From an uncultured delta proteobacterium (lineage in GTDB: Bacteria; Myxococcota_A; UBA9160; UBA4427): a DNA stretch of 64,000 nucleotides. Shown here one piece after another: positions 44,052 through 54,737 of the stretch (position 1 is its first letter; the number at the start of each line of letters is the position of its first letter). The translations under genes were made by a program, and so were the position numbers. The notes under the pieces were generated by a model. The model saw only the letters and a list, made by a program, of their open reading frames with translations, was not told the DNA's origin and made no database searches. The DNA lies in NCBI GenBank assembly GCA_963822965.1, contig CAWGJT010000005.1, forward strand, positions 1,344,001 through 1,408,000. Direction: 5' to 3'.

Positions 44052-45200
44052 ATGAGTTCGCCCAACCCGAAAGTCTGTGTCATCACGAATATCATTCCCC
44101 AATACAGGGTCGAGTTCTTCAATCGCATCGCTCGAAATGAGGTTGCTCGACTGACGATCTGTTGCCAGTCCCATATACCAGGCCTGAACATCGAATCGAG
44201 GGCGCACGAACTGGATTCGAGAATCGAGGTCGTCGACGTTCCCTTCCTGTCTCTCTCCCGAGAGCGATTGGCGTGGCAGTTCATTCCCATGAGGCTTCTC
44301 GCGGCGGACTTCGATCTGTTCTTGGTAACGGCCAATCCGAGAGTGCTATCGACGGTTGTCTGGTCTTTCCTGCTCAAGATGTTGAACAAGAAGGTGGTCG
44401 GATGGGGCCAAGTGAACAGCGGTAGCCAGAACTCGAACCTTGGACGGCTAAGGCTCTTCTGGTGGAATCGGCTGGATGCGCTTTTCGTCTACACGAGCGC
44501 CGAAGCGAAGTCGATGTCCGAAGGTGGATACAGAGGCATCTGTATCGGCATGAACAATGGACTGGATCAGGACCTGATCGACGATGCTGCATCGAAATGG
44601 TCGCCCGATCGCCTGGGGGATTGGCAGCGAGAACAGCACGTCGATCCACACAGGATGATCCTTTCATGCGCGCGGCTGGATCCGAAGAACCGATACGATC
44701 TGATTCCGCAGGCGATGTACGAGTTGGCGGAACGCCTTCCCGACCTGCAATGGTGCATCATTGGTGATGGCGTCGAGCGAGACCGGCTCGAATCAATGGT
44801 GTCTGAACTGGGGCTGATGGGAAGAGTGAAGTTTCTGGGGTCCATCTATGAGGAGGAGGATCTCGCACCCTGGTTCATGTCTGCGCGAGCACTCGTCCAC
44901 CCAGGCAAGATCGGTCTGAGTCTCCTCCATGCCTTCGGCTACGGCTGTCCTGTCGTGACGAACGGCGACATCGGGGCGCACACGCCGGAAATTGCCGCTT
45001 TTCGCGTTGGGGAAACGGGGCTTCTCTTCAATGAGAAGGACCCTGGAGCGCTTGCCGCGGCGATCGGTGCCATCGTAAGCTCGCCGGAATCTCGAGAGCG
45101 GATGTCACGGTGTGCAATCCGGGTGGCGAGGGAAGACTTCAATGTCGGCGTCATGGTGGAAAGGTTCGGTCAATTGGTCGATGCAGTCCTGTCGACCTGA
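44052..45200 (+). CDS. Glycosyltransferase family 4
   Basis: NIIPQYRV, ARLDPKNR, IIGDG, GLSLLHAFGYGCPVVT. Confidence 0.88.
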   Translation: MSSPNPKVCVITNIIPQYRVEFFNRIARNEVARLTICCQSHIPGLNIESRAHELDSRIEVVDVPFLSLSRERLAWQFIPMRLLAADFDLFLVTANPRVLSTVVWSFLLKMLNKKVVGWGQVNSGSQNSNLGRLRLFWWNRLDALFVYTSAEAKSMSEGGYRGICIGMNNGLDQDLIDDAASKWSPDRLGDWQREQHVDPHRMILSCARLDPKNRYDLIPQAMYELAERLPDLQWCIIGDGVERDRLESMVSELGLMGRVKFLGSIYEEEDLAPWFMSARALVHPGKIGLSLLHAFGYGCPVVTNGDIGAHTPEIAAFRVGETGLLFNEKDPGALAAAIGAIVSSPESRERMSRCAIRVAREDFNVGVMVERFGQLVDAVLST

Positions 45201-45276
45201 TTGACAAGGACAGGACCCCCCGAATCATCGGATTCGCGACCTCGACGCAAGCGTCTCCGAATTGTCTTGGTTGCGC

Positions 45277-45359
45277 CCCGGCGCCGTGACCCCGGAGGGG
45301 AGATTGACACAACAACACTACCCGGACGTTCAGCCAAAGCGGGGCTTATTCGGCCTGGG
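45277..45359 (+). repeat. Mini-element copy, subfamily D
   Basis: Similar to 37295-37377. Confidence 0.85.
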
Positions 45360-45389
45360 CTCCGATGTTGTGGGTCCGGATGTAGTACG

Positions 45390-45643
45390 GCACTCCTGCC
45401 CAGGTTCTTCACGACCTGCCACCAGCGCGGCGGCTTGGGCCGGTAGAAGTACTCGGTGGAGCAGACCGCGCGCATGGACTCGATGTCGGCGTCTGCAATG
45501 TCGAAGCACGCCAGCAGGTGGATCTCGTGGCCCAGACCTCGAAGGCCGACGAGAACGTCGTAGATCGAGGTCGACCAGCCGCAATGGGTGGGATACGGCG
45601 GCAGCGGGCTCACGATCAGGATCCGAAGCGGCGCGCGATCCAT
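45390..45643 (-). pseudogene. Glycosyltransferase N-terminal fragment
   Basis: LRILIVSPLPPYPTHCG...GHEIHLL; truncated. Confidence 0.7.
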
Positions 45644-45802
45644 CGCTCAGCGGATGTCCTCGAAGTGACTGAACGGATCGATCGGGGCCGCCCGGAGGAT
45701 CTCCACGCGGGACGCAGTTCAGTGACTTCGGGTGATGAGCATCGCGTATTCGGGATTCGGGTGCGCCGACCCGCACACGACCCGAGACTGCGCGGGAGGA
45801 TA

Positions 45803-46463
45803 AGCATCATAAGGGGATGGCGTCTGCAGCCAACGACGTAAGCCCCCGAGATCAGATGGGTTGGTGCCTCCGGTCCCCGTTGGACATCCTCGAGTTGGAT
45901 GAACGACAACACCCAACGAGAGGAGGCACCGATGGAACGCTACATCGGGATGGACGTTCACGCTGCGAGCTGCACGCTGGCCGTGATCTCCGAGAAGGGA
46001 CGCAAGCTCGAGGACTTCCCGGTCGAGACCAACGGCCAGGCGCTGGCGGGCCTCGTGCCTGTGTGGGGAATCATCATGGCAGACTGCCATGATGATTCCC
46101 CATGGAGGCGGTCCGGAGGATCCCGGGCCGCACCTGGCCCACGGCCCCGAGCCCCAAGGTCCGACGGATAAGCTATGCCCCTCCGAAGAACCCAACGAAG
46201 CGATGGCCGACCGAGGGCCAGATGGAAGGATGGTTCCCACGACCCCGTGGAGAACACAACCGCCAACGAATCGCGCTGCGATCGGCTTGCCCGCGAACCG
46301 GGTCTTCGGACCGAGTCACTCGTAGAAGCTCCGCCGCTGCTCCGGTGGAGCCACGAGCACCATCTCTCAACTCGAGAGCGCCCAGCCAGAGCGGGAGCAG
46401 ACGCCCGGATCGAAGAATCTGCCGCGATGGGGAAAGTGCGTCTTGCGCTCCGACCCTATGGAA
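45803..46463 (+). mobile_element. Second internally deleted IS110 copy
   Basis: Same structure as 42813-43473 with scattered substitutions; followed by mini-element remnant 46464-46486. Confidence 0.9.
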
Positions 46464-46504
46464 GGACGGACAAGTCGCATTCTTGGGCACCCCGTAGGCA
46501 GATC

Positions 46505-47917
46505 TTACGCGGGAGGTTGCAGAGTCGGCGACTCTGCCCTCTTTGGGATTTCTTGGATCAGACGCCGCAGTTTCCCGCGCGCCGTCAACGGGATCTCATC
46601 CACGATCTTCGTCTGGATCTCCAGCTCATCGCCGACTTTTCTCAAGTAGGCTTTGACTAATTCGGCACAGTCATTTTCGCCAAATCGTGGAGTGACCATC
46701 AAGCGAATCTCGAGAACGCCAGGTTGGCACTGAAAGTATTGATAGCGAACGACGTTCTCGAAGATCTTTCCGTGCATGTTGAGAGCCGCAGGAGAGATTT
46801 GTGCACCGTTCTTTCCAATGACGTATTCCTGCTTCCATCGACCTTGCACTTGATCGAAGCGATCAAAGTTGCGTCCGCAATCGCATCTCGATGGAACCTT
46901 TCGAGCGAGGTCCTCGGTGCGATAACGAATCAATGGAAGGCATCGATTGATCAAACCGGTTCCTACAAGTTCCCCCCGCTCCCCATCTTCCTTGATCAAG
47001 TTTTTATTTTCATCGATGAATTCGAGAACGCCGTAATCTGGAAAGCTATGGTACGCAGAAGAAATCTCGCATTCTCCTGCCAAGATGATTCGCTCACTAT
47101 GCCCATACCAAGAGAAGGCGCGGCAGCCCAATGCCGATTCGATGATCTCCCGCTGATCTCGAAATAACGCCTCAGATCCAAGCAATACAGCTCTTAGCCC
47201 CAAAGAGTCTATGTCGACGCTATTGCGGAGCACATAGTTTGCAAGGATTGCGATTGCAGAGGGATACCCATGCAAATAGCTTGGGGAAAATTGCTTCATG
47301 CATGCAATGTAATCTCGAAGATTATCATCGGTCATGTGAAAGGGTGAAAATTGGATCTCGTTGTAGATCGGGTTGAACTGCCAGTAGACGCCATGATCGC
47401 TATTCCGAAACTCAACTCCCCGAAACGTGGCTTTACGATGCCGTGGTGTATATTCGACACTTTCCCACATTCGATGCAAAAATCCCCACTCGGTCGAGGC
47501 CGATGCATCATCGAGGTAGAACGTCAATTGGTTTCCTGAAGTGCCTCCCGTAGAGCACTCGTAATGGGGAATCTGGTTGAACGAGTCGGGCAGATAGTGG
47601 GCTAGGTCATCGAGAAGCATCTGCTTGCTGAGAAAGGGGAAGGCCTTCAGTGCTTCAAAGGGCGCGAGCCTTGAGACCACGGAGCGAAGATTTCGATATG
47701 CTGGAACCTGCTCTGTCGCAAACCCCAAGATCTTTCGAAGCTCGGCCTCTTGATAGCTGCGGAGCTCTTCGCGGTTTGCATAACGAATCTTTTCTTTGCG
47801 TCGCAATGTCGCCTTGTAGGATTTTCCAGCGAACAGTGAAAATGGTAGCCAGGCCACTGGTCGTTTGATTACCGGTGGCAACGATTCATATAGCTGCCTC
47901 TTGAACGAGAAACCCAT
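46505..47917 (-). CDS. Phenylacetate-CoA ligase/CapK-like protein
   Basis: STGGTSG, HGYPSA, YGHSE, PLIRYRTED, PLTARGK; visibly lower GC. Confidence 0.85.
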   Translation of the reverse strand: MGFSFKRQLYESLPPVIKRPVAWLPFSLFAGKSYKATLRRKEKIRYANREELRSYQEAELRKILGFATEQVPAYRNLRSVVSRLAPFEALKAFPFLSKQMLLDDLAHYLPDSFNQIPHYECSTGGTSGNQLTFYLDDASASTEWGFLHRMWESVEYTPRHRKATFRGVEFRNSDHGVYWQFNPIYNEIQFSPFHMTDDNLRDYIACMKQFSPSYLHGYPSAIAILANYVLRNSVDIDSLGLRAVLLGSEALFRDQREIIESALGCRAFSWYGHSERIILAGECEISSAYHSFPDYGVLEFIDENKNLIKEDGERGELVGTGLINRCLPLIRYRTEDLARKVPSRCDCGRNFDRFDQVQGRWKQEYVIGKNGAQISPAALNMHGKIFENVVRYQYFQCQPGVLEIRLMVTPRFGENDCAELVKAYLRKVGDELEIQTKIVDEIPLTARGKLRRLIQEIPKRAESPTLQPPA

Positions 47918-47965
47918 GGAACTCCCTCGGACCGAGGATCTTGCCCCGGTAAAGTGGACACGGGG

Positions 47966-48829
47966 TTAAGCGGCGGTTTCCATTCTCTCATATTCATCGG
48001 GCGAGCGGTAGCCGATCGTGGAGTGGAGACGCGTTCGGTTGTAGAAGCCCTCGATGTACTCGAAGACGGCGAGCCGAGCCTCCTCCCGGGTGTAGAAGTC
48101 GAAGTGGTAGAGCCACTCGGTCTTGAGGGTGTGGAAGAAGCTCTCGGCGACAGCGTTGTCGGCGCAGCGGCCGGGCTTGCTGACGCTGCAGTGCATCTGG
48201 AAGCGGTCGAGCCTTCCCTGGTACTCGGTGCTGAGGTAGACGCTGCCGCGGTCCGTGTGATGGATGAGGCCGGGCCTTGGGTTTCGGATCGTCACCGCGA
48301 GGTCGAGGGCTTCGAGGGCGAGATGCTGTCGCGTGTGGTGCGCGGTGGCGTAGCCGACGACCTTGCGCGAGAAGAGGTCGATCAGCACGGCCAGGTAGAG
48401 CCAGCCCTCACGGGTTCGGATGTGCGTGATGTCGCCGACCCAGACGCGATCCAGCGCCTCGCTGTGGAAGTGGCCGTCGACGAGGTTGGGCGGCGCCGGG
48501 AGCTCGGCCCGCACAGTCGCGGTGCGCTTGAAGCGCTGCGTGGCGCAGCCCCAGAGCCCCTCCCACTGCATGAGGCGAGCCACCCGCTTGCGCCCGACGC
48601 GGGTCCCCTCGGTGCGCAGCGCGGCGTGGATGCGCGGAGCCCCGTAGGTCTCTCGGCTGGCCTCGTGGACCTCGCGGATCCGCTCGACGAGCTGGGCATC
48701 GTCTCGTTCCCGCGGGCTGGGCTGACGCTGGCACCAGGCGTAGTCGCCGCTGCGGGAGACCTTCAGCACTCGGCACATCATGCCTACTCGGAAGGTCTCC
48801 CGATACGCGTGGACGAACCGGAACTTCAT
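47966..48829 (-). CDS. IS3 OrfB DDE transposase
   Basis: WVGDIT, DLFSRKVVG, HHTDRGSVY, DNAVAESFF. Confidence 0.92.
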   Translation of the reverse strand: MKFRFVHAYRETFRVGMMCRVLKVSRSGDYAWCQRQPSPRERDDAQLVERIREVHEASRETYGAPRIHAALRTEGTRVGRKRVARLMQWEGLWGCATQRFKRTATVRAELPAPPNLVDGHFHSEALDRVWVGDITHIRTREGWLYLAVLIDLFSRKVVGYATAHHTRQHLALEALDLAVTIRNPRPGLIHHTDRGSVYLSTEYQGRLDRFQMHCSVSKPGRCADNAVAESFFHTLKTEWLYHFDFYTREEARLAVFEYIEGFYNRTRLHSTIGYRSPDEYERMETAA

Positions 48830-49132
48830 TTCTGGTCGTCCGTGAAGTAGGCCAGTGCTTTTTTCAGGATGTCCCGTTCCTCCCGGGCATCCCGAAGCTC
48901 CTTCTCGAGCTGCTGGATGCGGGCCGCATCGCCGCTGGCGTTCCCCTTGCCGGGGAACGCGCCTCGCTTCTTCTCTTCGAGCTGCTTCTTCCAGTACTGC
49001 AGCAGGCTTCGCGCAATCCCGAGGTTCTGGGCGACTTCGGTGAGCGTCTTGCCCTCCTGCACGAGCCGCACCGCATCGCGTTTGGACTCGGGCGTGAAGG
49101 AGCGCCGGACCCGGGTGGGTCTTCTCTTCGGC
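48826..49132 (-). CDS. IS3 OrfA (HTH); start codon appears to be ACG
   Basis: RRSFTPESKRDAVRL...EERDILKKA; stop overlaps orfB ATG. Confidence 0.75.
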
Positions 49133-49199
49133 GTGGAACACCTCGATGGTCCTTCGACCTATTCTAGGTGTCCACTTTTCGGGGCAAGGTCACGACGCT

Positions 49200-50573
49200 C
49201 TAGCCAACGTTTAGATCCGGCCATCCAAAATGAGGCTTGAATCCGCCAGGAACCAAGGATGCAATCTCGCCGATGGCTTGAGTAGCGTCGGATTTGCTTT
49301 CAGATACCACGATTGCATCCAATGGCGTGGTGGCAATGGGCCAGCGATGGCTTTCGAAGGCTTGTCGGATCATGGGGATTTGATCCACGTCTACTCCCAT
49401 CAATCGAGCGGCGACGGCATCGACAATGGCCGGGTTGTCTCCCCCGAGCAACACTTGTGCCTCAGCGGGTTCGGGGCAAAGCGGCCCGTTGCCTTGTCCT
49501 CCGATGATGCCGTCTACGATGGCGAGATACCTCTTTGGGGAGTCTGCGTTTTTCCAAGAGCCATCGGTGTTTCCATACAGCAGGGCGCGATTCAAATCCA
49601 AAACCATGCGCCAACAGGTATCGTTACCAGACCAATCTCCGCCACGGATCGTTTTCTGGCTGTCCCCGAGGAGTCGAATTCCGGTGTTTCGCATCTTCCG
49701 GTACGCCCAAGTTCCCAGGCCAGGTACCGATAGGGCGATCTTTTGACCAGCTCGCTTCAGTGAAATTTCGAGCTGTTGGGCCAGCGAATGCCCCGGGAAT
49801 TCATCACCTCCTGCAGTCGAGCTTCCCTGTACGAAATGTGGCAACCAGTTCTTGTCGCCGGTGATTCCCACGAGGTTTTTCAAGCAGCAGGTGATTCCCG
49901 TCTTCTTATGGGTTTTTAGTTTGGGAACATTAATGAAAAGATCGCAGGCCATCGGGGTGCCCGCGAGCAGGTACTCCTGCAAGTCGCCTCGGTGGTGAGC
50001 ATTGATGACCTGGGTATCGTAGTCGGCTCCGTAATAGCGGCCTTCGCCCGGGTGTCCATAGAATAGACTGTCTTTTCCCAAATCTAATTGGACGTAACCT
50101 CTCGGGTCTTCGGAGTTTGGAATCCGATCGACAACGACACCCTCTTTGCGAATCCAAAGCTCACGTCTCAGGTCAATTAGTTCAAGGTTGAGATCTGGCC
50201 AACGGGCTCGCAAGCTTTCGAGCGAATCGGTGAGTGCGCCTCGGGCCATGATCCCGTCGAAATCCGCATAGGTATTTGGCGCATCACAGATAGCGATGTG
50301 TCCACGTCCACGCATCATTTCGGCAAGTTTTTCCAGAATGCAAATCAGCACTACGGGATGAGTGATCAGCGGAAGCCACACATCGGGCTCATACGGATGG
50401 GATTCCTCGACCCAGTTCGGTTTGACGACGATCAGGCGTGAGGGATCTCCCTCGCGCAGCATCGAACTGATTTCTGGGTGTGTCTCCAAGACCGTCTGAA
50501 TGAATTCGCGGATTGCCCCTACGTTTTCGTAAGAAGAAATTTTCGCAATGATCGGAAAGGGCATGGTTCTCAC
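49200..50573 (-). CDS. DUF362 domain protein
   Basis: VVKPNWV, INVPKLKTHKKTGITCCLKNLVG, DGIIGGQGNGP. Confidence 0.85.
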   Translation of the reverse strand: MRTMPFPIIAKISSYENVGAIREFIQTVLETHPEISSMLREGDPSRLIVVKPNWVEESHPYEPDVWLPLITHPVVLICILEKLAEMMRGRGHIAICDAPNTYADFDGIMARGALTDSLESLRARWPDLNLELIDLRRELWIRKEGVVVDRIPNSEDPRGYVQLDLGKDSLFYGHPGEGRYYGADYDTQVINAHHRGDLQEYLLAGTPMACDLFINVPKLKTHKKTGITCCLKNLVGITGDKNWLPHFVQGSSTAGGDEFPGHSLAQQLEISLKRAGQKIALSVPGLGTWAYRKMRNTGIRLLGDSQKTIRGGDWSGNDTCWRMVLDLNRALLYGNTDGSWKNADSPKRYLAIVDGIIGGQGNGPLCPEPAEAQVLLGGDNPAIVDAVAARLMGVDVDQIPMIRQAFESHRWPIATTPLDAIVVSESKSDATQAIGEIASLVPGGFKPHFGWPDLNVG

Positions 50574-50724
50574 TCGCCAGGAAATCCGGGAACCTATTCT
50601 AACCTTCCTTCAATGGAGATTGCTTTGCTAGATCATCAAGGATGACGAGCCCGTGAGACCTTTCCCCTCCTCTCCCCGATTAGGGTATGACGGGGGAAAA
50701 CGTATAGAAATCGGGGGGATGGAC

Positions 50725-50800
50725 TGGAGCCGACGAGCGGATTCGAACCGCTGACCTGCTCATTACGAATGAGCTGCTCTACCAGCTGAGCTACGTCGGC
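50725..50800 (-). tRNA. tRNA-Thr (CGT)
   Basis: GCCGACGTAGCTCAG...CTCAT-TTCGTAA region with CGT anticodon...GGTTCGAATCC...GTCGGCTCCA; 76 nt cloverleaf with CCA. Confidence 0.95.
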
Positions 50801-50845
50801 ACGCCGATGGGCGACCGCGCATTCCAACCACGTTGCTTGAGGATA

Positions 50846-51578
50846 AGCATCATAAGGGGATGGCGTCTGCGGGCAGCGACGCAAGTCCCCGAGACCAGAT
50901 AGGTTGGTGCCTCCCGGCCCCGTTGGACATCCTCGAGTTGGGACAACGACAACCCCCAACGAGAGGAGGCACCGATGGAACGCTACATCGGGATGCACGT
51001 TCACGCCGCGAGCTGCACGCTGGCCGTGATCTCCGAGAAGGGACGCAAGCTCGAGGACTTCCCGGTCGAGACCAACGGCCAGGCGCTGGCGGGCCTCGTG
51101 CCTGTGTAGGGAATCATCATGGCAGACTGCCATGATGATTCCCCATGGAAGCGGTCCGGATGATCCCGGGCCGCAAGCACCTGGTCTTCGAGGAGGGCCT
51201 GTAGAGCGCCTGGCTCTACGAGACGCTGCGTCCACAAGTCGACGAGCTCGTGGTCGCTGGGATCACGGAGAGCCGGGGACTGAAGAGCGACCAGCGAGAC
51301 GCCTACGCGCTGGCCGAGAAGCTGCGGGTGGGCAACCTCGAGAAGAGTGTCTTCAAGGCGCCTCGGGAGTTCACACGGCTGCGCGAGCTCTCGCGGATCC
51401 ACATGACGTTGGTCGGCGACGTCGTGCGGGCGCAGTCGAGGCTCAAGAGCTTGTACCGCGGCCACGCAGAGCGTGGCTGCGCTTGGCGAGCTTCGCTCGC
51501 CCGCGCTCCCGCGGCGTTCCGGTCTCGGGCGATAACGTGTATGGGATGCGTCATCGCGAAGCGTGGCAGGCTCAGCTG
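50846..51578 (+). mobile_element. Truncated IS110 copy carrying two small insertions
   Basis: Left end and 5' half of transposase match 56451 onward; inserts at 51090-51145 and 51458-51504. Confidence 0.88.
51458..51504 (-). repeat. 47-bp double-hairpin insertion
   Basis: GCGG-GCGAGC-gaa-GCTCGC-C-AAGCGCA-GCCACGC-tct-GCGTGGC-CGC; absent at the same position in the full IS110. Confidence 0.85.
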
Positions 51579-51639
51579 ACGAGGCCGAACCCACCCATTT
51601 TCGCGAACCATTCAGATCGCGGAGGACCGGGCGCACCCC

Positions 51640-51945
51640 TTCGAGAGCTTCGCAGATGTAGGTCCAGCCGTGGTTGCGCTTGCCGACGACCGACTCGTCC
51701 GAGGTGAAGACGTCGTCGAACAAAACCTCGTTCGTGCACTCGTCTCTGATGGTGTGGACGGGGCGAATCGTCACGCCGGGTTGCTGCATCGGGATGAGAG
51801 AGAGCGTCATCCCCTTGTCCTTCGAGCTTCGGTCGGTGCGTGCGCCGAGCCAGCAGTCGTCGGCGAGGTGCGCGGAGGTGGTCCAGGTGTTCTGCGCGTT
51901 GAGCATCCAGCCACCCTCGACGCGATCCGCGCGCAGCTGCATGAA
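51640..51945 (-). pseudogene. Acyl-CoA dehydrogenase internal fragment
   Basis: GWMLNAQNTWTTSAH, PGVTIRP, NEVLFDDV, VG..NHGW. Confidence 0.75.
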
Positions 51946-51959
51946 GGTCCTCCATAAGA

Positions 51960-52913
51960 GGAACAACGCCTCACGGGAGGATGTCTTAGTCGTGAGGGAC
52001 CTAGAGATCTACCGGCCAAGTGTCGCGGCCGACTACGACCCCTTCGAACCGTTCGAGGAACCCGGCGGAAGAGACAAGAACGGTGCTGTCTTGAGCTACT
52101 ACTGGCTGTTGGATGACGCGGATCTGCCGATCTTGATCGATTGGCTCCTTGCCCCGGGTTTCATACCGGCCTTTGCGTTCGATCTCGTTACGTACTTCGC
52201 GTCTCTCCCGGTCGTCCCGCCTATCGCCGCGATCCACTCGATTGACGGATGGGAGACCCTGGAGTCGGAAGGTCAAGCGCCTGCTCCTCGACCTGCGGAA
52301 AGTCAGGACATCGAGATCGAGTTCGCTGGTACCTCTTTCGAGAGGCGTACATCTCGGTCGGACCGAGAGGGAGTGCTGTGGCTGGATCTTTCGAGCGAAG
52401 CGTTGCAGCAGGCTTCCGCCGGCGTCACTCAGCTCAACCTTGAGCTGAGCGTCGAGGGCAAGCCGGCACTTCCGGTCCGAATCGCAGGCCGCGCTTTACT
52501 GGATCTAGCAGAGCCGGCCATTCAGGGGGATCGCGATCCCGTTCGGGTCTGGCTCAAGCTGAGGTCCATGCCCGCATGGGAAGCCCAGCAGGCGCACATC
52601 CATGCGCAGCTTGAAGAGGCTCGTCACGGCTACGCCAAGGGCGATGCAGACGCGCTCGCGTCGCTTCGTGCTGGCAAGTCGTCGGTTTCTCTACCCGACG
52701 GAACGGTCGTCGACTGGCGCGGAGGTGCGCCCGCTCGGCCGCCTCGGGCCAGAGCTCGCCTCGACCTCGAGGGCGGCGGCTCGTTGACTGCGGGCGAGCA
52801 GCTGATGATTCGAGTGCGTGTGGAGAACACAGGGAAGGGCGATATCCGGCGTCTCGTCGCCACTACCGAGTCGACGCTGCCAGGCGCGGACGGGCTTCCC
52901 ATCCCGTTCGGGA
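51960..52913 (+). pseudogene. Hypothetical protein fragment cut at a mini-element
   Basis: Open frame ending VENTGKG...IPFGKI exactly at the repeat. Confidence 0.4.
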
Positions 52914-52966
52914 AGATAGGAAGGATGAGCCGGGTTTCTGACTCACGTCCGAGTAGGGGTGTTATG
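52914..52966 (-). repeat. Partial mini-element (ori half)
   Basis: GATAGGAAGGATGAGCCGGGTTTCTGACTCACGTCCGAGTAGGGG. Confidence 0.65.
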
Positions 52967-53002
52967 CGCATTGCCTCGCCCTTCGTGTTACCCGGGCGAG
53001 GT

Positions 53003-54737
53003 CGTTGCCTCACTCGATTTGCTACCCGCAGGTGGCAGAGGGGGGGGCACGAAATGGTGGATCGGATCAGCAAGGGGGCACGCCGTGAGTTGGTCGTCGC
53101 GATTGGAGAGCGATACCGAAGCGCGCGGCGGACGGAGAAGCAGTGTATTCTCGACGAGTTCGTGGCCGTGACGGGCTACCACCGGAAGCATGCGGTTCGG
53201 GTGCTCAACACCCCACCCGCTACGCCGTGGCGGAGCGCGATCGCTCCGCGCATCTACGACGAAGCCGTCCAGCAGGCACTGATCGTTCTCTGGGAGGCAT
53301 CGGATCGTGTGTGCGGCAAGCGCCTCAAGGTGCTGCTGCCCTTGCTCATCCAGTCTCTCGAGCAGCATGGGCACCTGCAGCTCGAGAGCCTCGTACGCGA
53401 GCGTCTGCTCTCGATCAGCGCGGCAACGATCGATCGAGCGCTGAGGAAGACGCGCGGGGTCGCGGGCAGGCGAGGTCGGAAGATCGCTCGCGCTGCACCT
53501 GCGGTGCGGCAGAGCGTGCCTGTTCGTACGTTCGCAGACTGGAATGAGCCCGCCCCTGGCTTCCTGGAGGCGGATCTGGTGCTGCACTGTGGCGGCAACG
53601 TTTCTGGAAGCTTCACGCAGACGCTGGTGTTGACCGACATCGCAAGCGAGTGGACGGAGTGCGTCGGGCTCCTCGTCCGCGAGAGTGGGCTCATCGTGGA
53701 GGCACTCGAGCAGCTCCGCCGAGCCATGCCGTTCCCGCTGCGCGGCATCGACACAGACAACGGGAGCGAGTTCGTCAACGACGCGCTCGTTGCGTACTGC
53801 CAGGAACACGGTATCGAGTTCACCCGCTCTCGGCCCTATCGCAAGAACGACCAGGCTTGGGTCGAGCAGAAGAACGGTGCGGTCGTGCGCCGACTCGTCG
53901 GCCACGGACGGCTCGAGGGCATTGCAGCCGTGAAGGCGCTGCAGCGGCTGTACGCAGCGTCCAGACTGTACGTGAACTTCTTCCAGCCCTCGTTCAAGCT
54001 CGCTGAAAGAACGCGCGTGGGTTCGCGCATTCACAAACGATATCTTCCTCCCGAGACGCCTTGCTCCCGTCTGCTCGCGTCAGATCACGTGACTGCGCGA
54101 GCCAAGGCGCGCCTTCGCTCACTTGCGGGAAGCCTCGATCCACTCCGCCTTCTGGACGAGATCCGCGCCATGCAGCACCACCTGGCCGAGCTCGCCGCGG
54201 GACAGACTCCGCACACCGCTCCGCAGCAGGACTCGAACCTGGAGCAGTTCATGAAGAGCCTTGCGACTGCCTGGCGCGACGGCGAAGCACGGCCGACTCA
54301 CCGCGCTCGGACCAAGCGCCGTCGAGACTGGCGCACGCGACCCGACCCGTTCGAGGGCGTCTGGTCGGGGGTGGAGCGCTGGCTCGAAGCCGAGCCCGAT
54401 CGCACGGCGAAAGAGCTGTTCGCTCGCCTCCAGGAAGAGCATCCGGGTCGGTTCCCCAATGGCCAGCTGCGGACCCTCCAGCGGCGCGTGAAGACCTGGC
54501 GAAATGCAGCTGCGCGACGCCTGCTCTTCGCGATGGACGAGTCGACCGACGGTGCTCCCAGCCCGGGCGATCAACTCGGCGAGCGCCCGGCTGAAGCCCT
54601 CCGATCGCCCTCCGGGCTCTCTACAGGCTCCAGCCGGGCTCCGTTACCCGAGCATCTAGCTAGGAGCTCCCGTTGCCTAGACCGGATGGTTGCACCTCGC
54701 ACCGCCGAAGCCGGTAACATTCCACAGTGAGGCAACG
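53003..54737 (+). mobile_element. DDE insertion sequence (ISNCY-like); may extend to 52960-54769
   Basis: IR CGTTGCCTCACT / AGTGAGGCAACG around the transposase; outer TGT...ACA possible. Confidence 0.75.
53054..54730 (+). CDS. Integrase-core (DDE) transposase
   Basis: GYHRKHAVR, EADLVLH, DTDNGSEF, KNDQAWVEQKN. Confidence 0.9.
   Translation: MVDRISKGARRELVVAIGERYRSARRTEKQCILDEFVAVTGYHRKHAVRVLNTPPATPWRSAIAPRIYDEAVQQALIVLWEASDRVCGKRLKVLLPLLIQSLEQHGHLQLESLVRERLLSISAATIDRALRKTRGVAGRRGRKIARAAPAVRQSVPVRTFADWNEPAPGFLEADLVLHCGGNVSGSFTQTLVLTDIASEWTECVGLLVRESGLIVEALEQLRRAMPFPLRGIDTDNGSEFVNDALVAYCQEHGIEFTRSRPYRKNDQAWVEQKNGAVVRRLVGHGRLEGIAAVKALQRLYAASRLYVNFFQPSFKLAERTRVGSRIHKRYLPPETPCSRLLASDHVTARAKARLRSLAGSLDPLRLLDEIRAMQHHLAELAAGQTPHTAPQQDSNLEQFMKSLATAWRDGEARPTHRARTKRRRDWRTRPDPFEGVWSGVERWLEAEPDRTAKELFARLQEEHPGRFPNGQLRTLQRRVKTWRNAAARRLLFAMDESTDGAPSPGDQLGERPAEALRSPSGLSTGSSRAPLPEHLARSSRCLDRMVAPRTAEAGNIPQ

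Larger units (their letters stand above)
47936..49192 (-). mobile_element. IS3-family element with 3-bp target duplication (CGA)
   Basis: IRs CTTGCCCCG..AAGTGGACAC; CGA on both sides; orfA/orfB layout. Confidence 0.92.

Noticed and set aside
50697..50712. oriIS-like TTTCTATACG next to the tRNA 3' end
   Set aside because: Match too short and lacks the upstream TTGAA.
51674..54730. 1018-aa ORF as a single protein
   Set aside because: Chance read-through of an antisense fragment, an unknown gene piece, a repeat and a transposase starting at 53054.
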